Origin: Patescibacteria group bacterium
GTDB taxonomy: Bacteria; Patescibacteriota; WWE3; 9FT-COMBO-53-11
Assembly: GCA_035291485.1 (NCBI GenBank)
Contig: DATDSA010000013.1
Coordinates: 1-32,630 of the forward strand
DNA length: 32,630 nt
Direction: 5' to 3'
Part shown: piece by piece, positions 6,140 through 13,855 of the stretch
Numbering within the stretch: the first letter of the stretch is position 1
Layout of the letters: each line of letters begins with the position of its first letter
Translations under genes and position numbers: made by a program
Notes under the pieces: model-generated
Seen by the model: only the letters and a program-made list of their open reading frames with translations
Databases searched by the model: none
What the model was told of the DNA's origin: nothing

Positions 6140-6173
6140 GGGTTGATGAGAAATCATCAACCCTTTTCTTTTT
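6140..6173 (+). terminator. Intrinsic terminator GGGTTGATGA-gaaa-TCATCAACCC + TTTTCTTTTT
   Basis: A perfect 10-bp stem, a GAAA loop and a T-run, 13 nt after the ASCH stop. Confidence 0.7.
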
Positions 6174-6186
6174 CTCATTGAGAGAC

Positions 6187-6207
6187 ATAGTATATGATAT
6201 ATACTAT
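6187..6207. repeat. 21-bp palindrome ATAGTATAT-GAT-ATATACTAT (copy 1)
   Basis: Perfect 9-bp arms. The exact reverse complement occurs at 23461-23481, and the same arms occur with a longer spacer at 21456-21484. Confidence 0.85.
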
Positions 6208-6255
6208 TATAGTCGACCAATGACCTTGCCACGGCCCGGCATCCTCTTTAATATT

Positions 6256-6283
6256 TTGACATTTACAACTCCGGTCTTAGAAT
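6256..6283 (+). promoter_or_regulatory. Promoter TTGACA-16 nt-TAGAAT for cdd
   Basis: A consensus -35 and a good -10, about 35 nt upstream of the SD GGAGGGAG and GTG at 6317. Confidence 0.55.
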
Positions 6284-6316
6284 AAGAAAGAATCTAAACC
6301 TTAGAGGGAGGGAGAT

Positions 6317-6856
6317 GTGCGCACGGTCGAAAGAACGATCCGCGTTGAGCTCTTGAATCGAACCGAGCTGTCTATGGATGAGCTGGAGCTGATCCGACGC
6401 GCTGCCGCGGTGCGCCAAAACGCCCAAGCCCCCATCTCACACTACCAAGTCGGAGCAGCGGTCTTGAGCGAATCGGGAACGATCTACATCGGCTGCAACG
6501 TGGAGAACGCGAACTTCACTTCCACAACCCATGCCGAGCAGAACGCGATCTCTTCGATGATTGCGAACGAGGGACCGGTCAAGGTCGTCGAAATGGCAAT
6601 CGTCGGAGCGCCAAGAGGCCAGGAGATCAAACAACCCCCGGCATCCGCGTCTTCTTGGCGCGACTATGAAGTTAAGGATTTTTGCTTTGCCTGTGGTCAC
6701 TGCCTGGGGATCACGTGGGAGAACAGCATGGTTGATCCTCGCGTCAAGCTGCTGAGGATGGATATGGAAGGAGTCATCGCCCGGACGACGATCGGCGATG
6801 CCTTCCCGATGCCGTTCGGCCCGGAGAGCTTGGGGATCGATATCAGGAAGGGGTGA
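6317..6856 (+). CDS. cdd: Cytidine deaminase (CDA fold) with a ~20-aa insertion before the second Zn-ligand motif
   Basis: 179 aa. HYQVGAAVLSESGTIYIGCNVENANF, Zn/catalytic motif THAEQNAI, and second motif CFACGHC. The insertion is APRGQEIKQPPASASSWRDYEVKDF. Confidence 0.8.
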   Translation: MRTVERTIRVELLNRTELSMDELELIRRAAAVRQNAQAPISHYQVGAAVLSESGTIYIGCNVENANFTSTTHAEQNAISSMIANEGPVKVVEMAIVGAPRGQEIKQPPASASSWRDYEVKDFCFACGHCLGITWENSMVDPRVKLLRMDMEGVIARTTIGDAFPMPFGPESLGIDIRKG

Positions 6857-6864
6857 GATAACTA

Positions 6865-6893
6865 AACCGTCTGCTAACCAACAGGCGGTTTTT
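6865..6893 (+). terminator. Intrinsic terminator AACCGTCTG-ctaaccaa-CAGGCGGTT + TTT
   Basis: A 9-bp stem (one G-T pair) and a T-run between the convergent cdd and dnaB. Confidence 0.55.
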
Positions 6894-6895
6894 CG

Positions 6896-8203
6896 TTACT
6901 TCCTCTCGTCTCGTTCGTAGAATTTGGTGCGATCACCTCGGAAGAACATGGGGAACTCGCCGGTGGGGCCGTTGCGGTGCTTCGCCACAAAGAGATTAAT
7001 GTTTTCCTTATCCTCGGGATCTTCCCGGTAGAGGAACATCACGATATCGGCATCCTGCTCGATCGAACCGGATTCCCGCAGGTCTGAGAGCTGGGGCCGC
7101 GGCTCCCCCCGCGCCTCCACCGCCCGGGACAGCTGAGAAGTCACCAAGATCGGAATATCCAACTCCCGCGCCAGGTTCTTCAGCGCCTGGGAAATTTCCG
7201 AAACCTCTTGGACCCGATTCTCCAAGTTCCGACTCCGCGCCAACTGCAGATAGTCCACGATCAGAAGCTTAATCTTGTGCTCCATCTGGAGACGGCGGGC
7301 GCGAGTCCGCATCTCCATCACCGAGAGGGCGGGAGTATCGTCGATGAAGATCGGCGCCTCCGCCAAAACCCCCATCGCCTCTCCCAACTTTTTGAAGTCC
7401 CCCTCGTCTAGCTTGCCGGTACTAAGTTTCCAGGAGTCCAGGTCGGATTGGGCCGCCAGCATCCGATGCACTAGCTGTTCCCGAGAAGTTTCCAAAGAGA
7501 TAATTCCCACCGGAATTTTGTGCTCGAGAGCGGCGTTCTGAGCCACGTTCAAGGCAAAGGAAGTTTTTCCCAGTGAAGGTCGGGCGGCCAGAATAATCAT
7601 ATTCGAATTCTGCAGCCCGCCGACGCGCTCGTCCAGGTTTTTGAAGCCGGTGGGTACTCCCCGGACCGCTTCCGGGTTGCGATGCAGTTCATCCAAGCGA
7701 TCGAAGGCTTCCTCCAAGCTCTGCTTGATATGAGAGAAAGCAAAACGGGAACGGGCTTGGGAAACGGAAAAAAGCGAGCTCTCGGCTTTGTCGAGAAGCT
7801 CCTCCACCGATGTCCGTTCATCAAAACCGCTCTCCGCGATCCGTGAAGAAACCGCGATCAGCTCGCGCTTGACGGCGCTGTCGTGAACCAACTTGCCGTA
7901 GTGCTCGACGTGGGAAGCGGTCGGAACGGAATCGGTCAGTTCGGCCAGGTAAGAATCCCCGCCTGCATCCTCAAGCTTCTTTCGCTTCTTGAGGGCGGAA
8001 CTGACCGTTACCAAATCGGCCGGTTCGCCTTTTTCGTAGAGAGAGAGAATCGCTTCAAAAATATCCCCGTGGGCATCGCGGTAGAAGTGTTCGGGACGCA
8101 GGAACTCAACCACTTTGATGATGGCGTCTTTATCGATCAGGAGTGCTCCTAAAAGGGATTTTTCAGCCTCCAAGTCTCGAGGGGGAATCTTTGGTTCAGA
8201 CAT
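6896..8203 (-). CDS. dnaB: Replicative DNA helicase DnaB
   Basis: 435 aa. N-terminal PPRDLEAEKSLLGALL, Walker A ARPSLGKTSFALN, and the C-terminal RecA-like core IVDYLQL...SQLSR. Confidence 0.92.
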   Translation of the reverse strand: MSEPKIPPRDLEAEKSLLGALLIDKDAIIKVVEFLRPEHFYRDAHGDIFEAILSLYEKGEPADLVTVSSALKKRKKLEDAGGDSYLAELTDSVPTASHVEHYGKLVHDSAVKRELIAVSSRIAESGFDERTSVEELLDKAESSLFSVSQARSRFAFSHIKQSLEEAFDRLDELHRNPEAVRGVPTGFKNLDERVGGLQNSNMIILAARPSLGKTSFALNVAQNAALEHKIPVGIISLETSREQLVHRMLAAQSDLDSWKLSTGKLDEGDFKKLGEAMGVLAEAPIFIDDTPALSVMEMRTRARRLQMEHKIKLLIVDYLQLARSRNLENRVQEVSEISQALKNLARELDIPILVTSQLSRAVEARGEPRPQLSDLRESGSIEQDADIVMFLYREDPEDKENINLFVAKHRNGPTGEFPMFFRGDRTKFYERDERK

Positions 8204-8843
8204 GCTTCAACACTACCACTTCGGGTTCCAATGGCAAGGCCTTGGCCGAAACAGTAAGTTCGTCTTTCGGTTCGATCTGTTCTACCCCCATCTCTCCCAA
8301 AAAGACGGAAACCGGCTGAAGTTCTTTAAACGACTCGTCCATTCCTTCGACACGATAGTGCATAGGGATGATAATCCTCGGCTCCAGTTGGGCAACCACT
8401 TTGGCGGCTTCGGAAGGGCCAATGGTAAAGGTCCCTCCGACCGGAACGAACAAGACATCCAGGTCCTCAAACTCTTCCACCGTTTTTTCATCCAACGGGT
8501 GGCCGAGATCTCCCAAATGGCAGAGCGATAGTCCCTCGGCTTCAAACAGATAGACCGTGTTTTTTCCTCTCTTTGCTCCGTTCTCAGCGTCATGGAAGGA
8601 AGGAAGACCCCAAACCTTGATATCTTTGACCTCGTACTCCCCCGGGGCGCCAATGACAAACGGTTCTCCGGTGACGGCCTCGAGATAGCGATGATCAAAA
8701 TGGTCGTGAGAGGACAAGACCAAATCGGCTGGAATCTTAGGAAAAGGAAGGCCAACTTTCTGGGGATCAAAGGGGTCCGTCACAATCGTGACCGAACCGG
8801 TGGAGATCTTAAAGCTGGAGTGACCTAAGTAGGAGATCTTCAT
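8196..8843 (-). CDS. Metallo-beta-lactamase-fold hydrolase (UPF0173-like)
   Basis: 215 aa. Begins MKISYLGHSSF and carries the metal motif SSHDHFDH. Overlaps the dnaB start by 8 nt. Confidence 0.8.
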   Translation of the reverse strand: MKISYLGHSSFKISTGSVTIVTDPFDPQKVGLPFPKIPADLVLSSHDHFDHRYLEAVTGEPFVIGAPGEYEVKDIKVWGLPSFHDAENGAKRGKNTVYLFEAEGLSLCHLGDLGHPLDEKTVEEFEDLDVLFVPVGGTFTIGPSEAAKVVAQLEPRIIIPMHYRVEGMDESFKELQPVSVFLGEMGVEQIEPKDELTVSAKALPLEPEVVVLKHV

Positions 8844-8922
8844 TTTTATTTCTATAAAAATGTTAGCGATCTTCGATCGCGTCCATCATGAGTTAATATA
8901 AACTAACTCAGTCGCAACTGCA

Positions 8923-9732
8923 ATGGATAATTCCAAGAAAATTAACGTTTCTGCCATCATTCCGGTGTTTGATGAGGAAAGAACCGTCGCGGGGGTGATC
9001 GGGGCGCTCCTGGCGAGCCCGCTGATCGGGGAGGTGATCGTGGTCAACGACGGGTCGACCGATTCCAGTCCCAAAATAATCCGAAGTTTTAAGCCAGGGA
9101 TTAAATTCATCGATATTCACAAAAACCGGGGTAAGGGCTTCGCCCTAGCAAAGGGAGTCCGCAGAGCACAGGGCGAAATCGTTACCTTCTGGGATGCCGA
9201 TAATTTCAACATGGGCCAAAAGCACATCCGTTCTCTACTAGAACCGATCCTTACGAAACAGACCCGAATCGTTTTGGGATATCGGGTCTGGAAAAAAGAC
9301 AAGGTTGCCCCGGCCCAAGATCTCACCGGCCAGCGCGCTTATTACCGTAAGGACTTATTGCCGCATCTCAAGGAAATTTCCCGAAGCCGCTTCGGCGTCG
9401 AGGTCTACCTGAACGACGTCTTCCGGAACCAGAAGACCACTCGGATACCCTGGACAGACCTAAAAACCCTCCAAAAGTACCAGAAGTACAGTACCGGGAA
9501 AGCAGTGCAGGAATACGTTAAGGAAGGGGTAGAGATAGCGCAGACCCTCGCTCGCCGCCGTGCCATCAATTTCAAGGACGATTGGGAGAGGGTCAGGAAA
9601 ATCTCCCGAATCAAAGACCTGGAAGAGCTGAGAAAGTGGGTCGGCAAGATCGAAAACCCCCAGATCCGCAAGATCCTAGAGGACTACGTCCTTCGCTATC
9701 TTCCCAAAAGAAAAGGGCCGGATTCCGGTTAA
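8923..9732 (+). CDS. Family 2 glycosyltransferase (Dpm1/polyprenol-phosphate sugar transferase-like)
   Basis: 269 aa. VSAIIPVFDEERTV..., VNDGSTDSS, NRGKGFALAKG, and DxD as WDADN. Confidence 0.8.
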   Translation: MDNSKKINVSAIIPVFDEERTVAGVIGALLASPLIGEVIVVNDGSTDSSPKIIRSFKPGIKFIDIHKNRGKGFALAKGVRRAQGEIVTFWDADNFNMGQKHIRSLLEPILTKQTRIVLGYRVWKKDKVAPAQDLTGQRAYYRKDLLPHLKEISRSRFGVEVYLNDVFRNQKTTRIPWTDLKTLQKYQKYSTGKAVQEYVKEGVEIAQTLARRRAINFKDDWERVRKISRIKDLEELRKWVGKIENPQIRKILEDYVLRYLPKRKGPDSG

Positions 9733-10007
9733 GGATCCGACCCGTCCTGATCAATCATTTCTTCCAGTTCTCGCCGCTGCGCCCCGATCTCACTGAGACG
9801 CCGCATGATTCTCTTCAGCCGCCGCTCATTATTCCTCAAGCGGTGGGTTATCCAGAAGATTCTGATAGCGCACGGCCAGAGAACAACCAGGAAAAAGGAC
9901 TCGTAGCGGTACAGCTCGACGAAGGTCTCATTCCCGATCGCCAACTTGAAGAGCAGCAATCCGACAAGAAGATAGGCCAGCGGACTCACCACCAACCAGG
10001 TGACCAT
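9729..10007 (-). CDS. Small 2-TM membrane protein with a charged coiled C-tail (92 aa), paralog of 10279-10542
   Basis: Shares the W..L..LLVGLLL...FWP-A-R-FW layout with the 87-aa protein. Its ATG directly abuts the stop of the middle gene (TAGATG). Confidence 0.55.
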   Translation of the reverse strand: MVTWLVVSPLAYLLVGLLLFKLAIGNETFVELYRYESFFLVVLWPCAIRIFWITHRLRNNERRLKRIMRRLSEIGAQRRELEEMIDQDGSDP

Positions 10008-10295
10008 CTAGCCATCCCCCTGCCCCTCGAAGACCTCTCCCCAGACGTCTACGCCGGAGGATTCGTCGATCTCGCCGGGGCTGTAGCGGGCGGAGAGCCG
10101 AAAGGAACCCGGCCAATCACTCCCACTCAAACAGGTCTTATCGACCGGTGAGCTGGCCTCAACATCACGGGCGGAGAGCCGCAGAGAAACACGCTCGCCG
10201 CAAACCGCACAACGGGAAGAAACGAAAAACGACCCACCCTCCAAAGGCGTGATTTTGAGACCACCTAAGTCCCGGGAGTTAATGATCTCTCCCAT
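10008..10295 (-). CDS. Hypothetical acidic protein (~95 aa) with a CxxC and an internal (S/F)(L)RLSAR repeat
   Basis: The track ORF extends to 10319 (GTG). ATG at 10295 has AAAGGAG at 6-nt spacing. Overlaps the upstream gene's end by 17 nt. Confidence 0.45.
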   Translation of the reverse strand: MGEIINSRDLGGLKITPLEGGSFFVSSRCAVCGERVSLRLSARDVEASSPVDKTCLSGSDWPGSFRLSARYSPGEIDESSGVDVWGEVFEGQGDG

Positions 10296-10542
10296 CTCCA
10301 TCTCCTTTCTGTTCCCCACTCTCGGCCCATTCTTGCAGCCCCCCTATCTGGCGCTGCATCATTCCCCGGAAGAAGTACACTCTCCAAAAGAACCGGAGGG
10401 CGAACGGCCAAAAGGCAACCAGCAGGGACATCTCACCCGGGAACGAGGCCGTTAGAGTGAAATCACCGACCGCCCAGTTGACCAGCAAGAGCCCGATCAG
10501 AACATAAACCAGTAGTCCGATCAGAATTGCCCAAATCATCAC
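10279..10542 (-). CDS. Small 2-TM membrane protein (86-87 aa), paralog of 9729-10007
   Basis: Hydrophobic N-terminal half, the motif FWPFALRFFW, and SD AGGAGGGAG upstream. ATG at 10539 is probably the start. Confidence 0.55.
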   Translation of the reverse strand: MMIWAILIGLLVYVLIGLLLVNWAVGDFTLTASFPGEMSLLVAFWPFALRFFWRVYFFRGMMQRQIGGLQEWAESGEQKGDGDGRDH

Positions 10543-10568
10543 TCCCTCCTTAAACCAGAATAGTTCTC

Positions 10569-10577
10569 ATTCTACCA
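10569..10577 (-). promoter_or_regulatory. Extended -10 TGGTAGAAT for the small-membrane-protein operon
   Basis: Minus-strand TGGTAGAAT about 30 nt upstream of the SD/ATG of 10279-10542. Confidence 0.4.
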
Positions 10578-10610
10578 CTGACCTATAGGATAGTAAAACA
10601 ATCCGAAAAC

Positions 10611-10619
10611 TGGTATCAT
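10611..10619 (+). promoter_or_regulatory. Extended -10 TGGTATCAT for hisS (near-leaderless)
   Basis: The 9-mer is identical to 901-909. Only 6 nt separate it from GTG (10626) and 12 nt from ATG (10632). No SD. Confidence 0.4.
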
Positions 10620-10625
10620 CTTCCT

Positions 10626-11822
10626 GTGAATATGAAACCGCAGACTCTAAAAGGTTTTCGCGACATAGCTCCGGAGGAAGCCCTCAAACGAGGGCGGGTC
10701 CTCTCTTTGCTCAAAAGCGTTTTTAAGTCTTACGGTTTCGTCCCTCTGGAAACTCCGACGCTGGAGTACGCGGAGCTACTGGAGGGAAAGTACGGAACGG
10801 AGGGCGAAAAACTGCTCTACAGTTTCAAGGACCGCGGGGGACGGGACGCCGCCCTGCGATATGACCTGACCGTACCGCTGGCCCGTTACATCGCCGAGAA
10901 CAAGGGAAAAATCGTCTTCCCTTTCAAGCGCTATCAGATCGGCAGCTGCTTTCGGGCGGAGAAGCCCCAGGCTGGCCGTTATCGGGAATTCACTCAGATC
11001 GATGTCGACACTGTGGGGGTAGATTCGGCCCTGGCGGACGCCGAGATCCTAGCGGTCCTGGCCACCTCTCTCCAGTTACTGGGAGTTCCGAAATTTGAGA
11101 TTAGGATCAACGATCGGACAGTTTTTCAAGATCTTTCTCCGGCGTCAATTCGCATCCTGGACAAGATGGACAAAATCGGCCGCACCGCGGTGGGAGAGGA
11201 GCTGAAAAAAGCCGGGTTCGGCCAAGGAGTACTAAAGAAAATCGAAAAACAACAGCCGACTCCCCGGCTCAAGGAAATCTTTTCTGTCCTGGAATCATTC
11301 GGAATTGACAAAAAATTCTACCGTTTCGATCCGTTTCTCGCCCGCGGCTTGGATTACTACACTGGAATGATCTACGAGATTACGGTTCCGGGAGCGTCCG
11401 GCTCTCTCTCGGGCGGGGGAAGATATGACAATCTTATTGGCATCTTCTCCGGGGAAAAAATTCCGGCGGTGGGTGGGTCATTCGGCCTGGACCGGCTCAC
11501 CGAATTCGTTCCGGCGGAAACCTTGCAGGAGATCCCTTTCAAACCCCGGGTGCTTGTGACCGTTTTTTCTCCGGAGATTCTCTCCGATTCTATTGCTCTC
11601 TTTGACCGGATCCAGGGGGAGGGAATTGAGAGCGAGATCTATCTTGATCCCACGGCGAAGCTGGAAAAACAGCTCAAATACGCCGACCGCAAGGAAATTC
11701 CCTACGCTGTAATTATCGGGCCACAAGAGTTAAAAAACAAGAAAGTCATCCTCAGAGACCTCCGCAACCGCACCCAGCAGAGTGTTGGCATTGAGCTACT
11801 CTCCAAAGCAATATCGGGATAA
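10626..11822 (+). CDS. hisS: Histidyl-tRNA synthetase
   Basis: 398 aa. N-terminal LKGFRDIAPEE, motif 2 region FRAEKPQAGRYREFTQIDVD, and the class II core. ATG at 10632 may be the real start. Confidence 0.9.
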   Translation: MNMKPQTLKGFRDIAPEEALKRGRVLSLLKSVFKSYGFVPLETPTLEYAELLEGKYGTEGEKLLYSFKDRGGRDAALRYDLTVPLARYIAENKGKIVFPFKRYQIGSCFRAEKPQAGRYREFTQIDVDTVGVDSALADAEILAVLATSLQLLGVPKFEIRINDRTVFQDLSPASIRILDKMDKIGRTAVGEELKKAGFGQGVLKKIEKQQPTPRLKEIFSVLESFGIDKKFYRFDPFLARGLDYYTGMIYEITVPGASGSLSGGGRYDNLIGIFSGEKIPAVGGSFGLDRLTEFVPAETLQEIPFKPRVLVTVFSPEILSDSIALFDRIQGEGIESEIYLDPTAKLEKQLKYADRKEIPYAVIIGPQELKNKKVILRDLRNRTQQSVGIELLSKAISG

Positions 11823-11825
11823 GCG

Positions 11826-12791
11826 ATGGCTGACATAAATAAAACCCGCATCCCCGCCTACCTTGCTCTTATGGCAACCGTCCTGATCTGGGGCGCCGCC
11901 GGGCCGGTGATCAAGTTCACGCTCGGAGGGATCCCGGTGCTGCCGTTTCTCACCTACCGGTTCGCCCTGTCCTCTCTGCTGGCGCTGGCGCTGATCCCTT
12001 TCGGAGGACTCCGGTTACCGAAGAACAAAAAAGCCCTGGGGCTGGCAATCCTCTACGGGTTCCTGACCTCCACTGTCGCCCTCGGCCTACTCTTCCTGGG
12101 CCTGGAAAAAACCACGGTTTTGGATATGACGCTGATGGCCGTGATCGGGCCGCTTTTGATCGTGGCGGCCGGGGAGCTGTTCTTCCAGGAACGAGTCAGC
12201 CGGCACGAAAAAATTGGGATTGGCATCGCCCTCGCCGGAACCATTCTCACGATCCTGGAACCTCTCTTGAAGAACGGGGCCGCCATCGGCCAGTTGCAGG
12301 GAAACGCCCTGATCGTCCTCTCTCTTCTGGCGGGAACCGCCTCGGCGGTGCTGGTTAAAGATTTGATGAAAGCAGGATTTTCCGCCGTCTCACTGGCCAA
12401 TCTGTCGTTCATCATTGGCTTTTTCACGATTCTGCCGCTCACCGTCCTCGCCGGCGACCTCCCCCAACTTGTTTCGACGATCGAAAATCTCTCTCTCCCC
12501 TACCATGCCGGAGTTATTTTCATGGCTCTTCTCTCCGGTAATTTGGCTTACGCCCTTTGGGCCCACGCCCACCGCACCGTCGAAATCGGTGAGGCGGCGA
12601 TTTTCTCCTATCTCTATCCGATTTTTGCCGCTCCCTTGGCCGTTTTCTGGCTCAAAGAAAAGATCACTCTGCCGTTTGCGATCGGTGCCGGGGTGATCGC
12701 CCTGGGAGTCTTTATTGCGGAAACCAAAAGACGCCAAAGATCCGTGTTAAAATCGAGCGTCAGCGAGATTTCTAGCGACAAGTTACAATGA
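11826..12791 (+). CDS. EamA/DMT-family transporter (10 TM)
   Basis: 321 aa with two EamA-like five-TM halves. Its stop overlaps the rpmE ATG (ATGA). Confidence 0.8.
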   Translation: MADINKTRIPAYLALMATVLIWGAAGPVIKFTLGGIPVLPFLTYRFALSSLLALALIPFGGLRLPKNKKALGLAILYGFLTSTVALGLLFLGLEKTTVLDMTLMAVIGPLLIVAAGELFFQERVSRHEKIGIGIALAGTILTILEPLLKNGAAIGQLQGNALIVLSLLAGTASAVLVKDLMKAGFSAVSLANLSFIIGFFTILPLTVLAGDLPQLVSTIENLSLPYHAGVIFMALLSGNLAYALWAHAHRTVEIGEAAIFSYLYPIFAAPLAVFWLKEKITLPFAIGAGVIALGVFIAETKRRQRSVLKSSVSEISSDKLQ

Positions 12792-13093
12792 AAAAAGAAT
12801 TGCACCCCCAATATTACCCAGAGGCCAAGGTTATCTGTACCACCTGCGGAAATACCTTCACCGTCGGCTCGACTCAACCGGAGCTGAAGGTTGAAGTGTG
12901 CTCCAATTGCCACCCCTTTTACACCGGCAAAGAAGTCCTGATGGATACCCAAGGACGGGTAGAGAAATTCGAGAAGAAGCGAGCGGCCGGAGAAGTCGGC
13001 CGCAAAGAAAAAGAAGCCAAGAGAGCGGCGGCCGAACCGGCCGAAGGGCAAAAGCGGCCGTTATCATTGAAAGATCTACTTGAGCAGAGTTAA
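12788..13093 (+). CDS. rpmE: Ribosomal protein L31 (Zn-binding type) with a charged C-terminal extension
   Basis: Begins [10 protein letters not shown] and has CTTCGN...[11 protein letters not shown]. Confidence 0.9.
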   Translation: MKKELHPQYYPEAKVICTTCGNTFTVGSTQPELKVEVCSNCHPFYTGKEVLMDTQGRVEKFEKKRAAGEVGRKEKEAKRAAAEPAEGQKRPLSLKDLLEQS

Positions 13094-13102
13094 ACTCATT
13101 CC

Positions 13103-13855
13103 GTGAATCAAATTAACGAAGTTAAATTTGCTAGGTCGCCGAAGGCGGCTGTCCAAACTGCAATTCTAGAAATTCGCGCCGGTACCGGTGGGGATGAGGC
13201 TAGTCTCTTCGCCGCCGATCTGTATCGAATGTACACCCGTTTTTCCCAACGGCAGGGCTGGGTTGTTCGAGAACTAAGCCCCAACTTCGCCGAAATCATT
13301 GGTGAGGGGGCGTACCACACGCTCCGAAACGAATCCGGCGTTCATAGAGTACAAAGAATACCCAAAACTGAGAGGGCCGGGCGAATCCACACCTCGACCG
13401 CCACCATCGCCGTTCTTCCCAAAGTTTCCTCCAAGGAAGTGGAGATAAGTCCCAGCGACATCAAAATCGACACCTTCCGCGCCTCCGGCCACGGCGGCCA
13501 GAATGTCCAAAAAGTTGAAACAGCCGTCCGCGTCACTCACCTTCCCACCGGAGTGTCAGTCGCTTGTCAGGACGAACGTTCCCAAGCCCAAAACCGGGAA
13601 AAGGCTCTAGAGGTTCTGCGCTCAAAGATCTATCAAATGATGCAGGAACAACAAAAATCGAGCGTCGATCAACTCCGCCGAGAACAGGTCGGTAGTGCCG
13701 AGAGGTCCGAAAAAATCCGGACCTGGAACTTTCCGCAGGACCGGATCACCGATCACCGCTTTGGCATCACGGTTGGCAACATTGAAACCGTACTGGACGG
13801 GAATCTCGAGCCCCTATTCAAAAAGATTTCCGGAAAATTACTTCAACAGGTCTAA
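13103..13855 (+). CDS. prfA: Class I peptide chain release factor, RF1-type, lacking N-terminal domain 1
   Basis: 250 aa. [24 protein letters not shown], codon-recognition context [17 protein letters not shown] (PxT type), and GGQ in [16 protein letters not shown] at residues 131-133. E. coli RF1 has GGQ at about 233-235. Confidence 0.85.
   Translation: MNQINEVKFARSPKAAVQTAILEIRAGTGGDEASLFAADLYRMYTRFSQRQGWVVRELSPNFAEIIGEGAYHTLRNESGVHRVQRIPKTERAGRIHTSTATIAVLPKVSSKEVEISPSDIKIDTFRASGHGGQNVQKVETAVRVTHLPTGVSVACQDERSQAQNREKALEVLRSKIYQMMQEQQKSSVDQLRREQVGSAERSEKIRTWNFPQDRITDHRFGITVGNIETVLDGNLEPLFKKISGKLLQQV

Noticed and set aside
5447-6232. 261-aa minus-strand ORF overlapping the ASCH gene and two promoters
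   Set aside because: It is Arg/Pro/Gly-rich shadow-frame composition. It overlaps a plus-strand gene with recognisable ASCH homology, an SD and a terminator, and it spans an intrinsic terminator and the 21-bp palindrome.
8866-8880. Inverted repeat GCGATC-ttc-GATCGC between the divergent MBL and GT2 genes, as an operator
   Set aside because: The arms are only 6 bp, and they are built from the GATC/CGATCG strings that are frequent throughout this window. That is insufficient to call a regulatory site.
9582-10151. 189-aa plus-strand ORF overlapping the GT2 3' end and the small membrane genes
   Set aside because: It is a Pro/Arg/Gln-rich low-complexity translation out of frame with the GT2 gene. 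The minus-strand genes have SDs, a paralogous relationship and coupled stops and starts.
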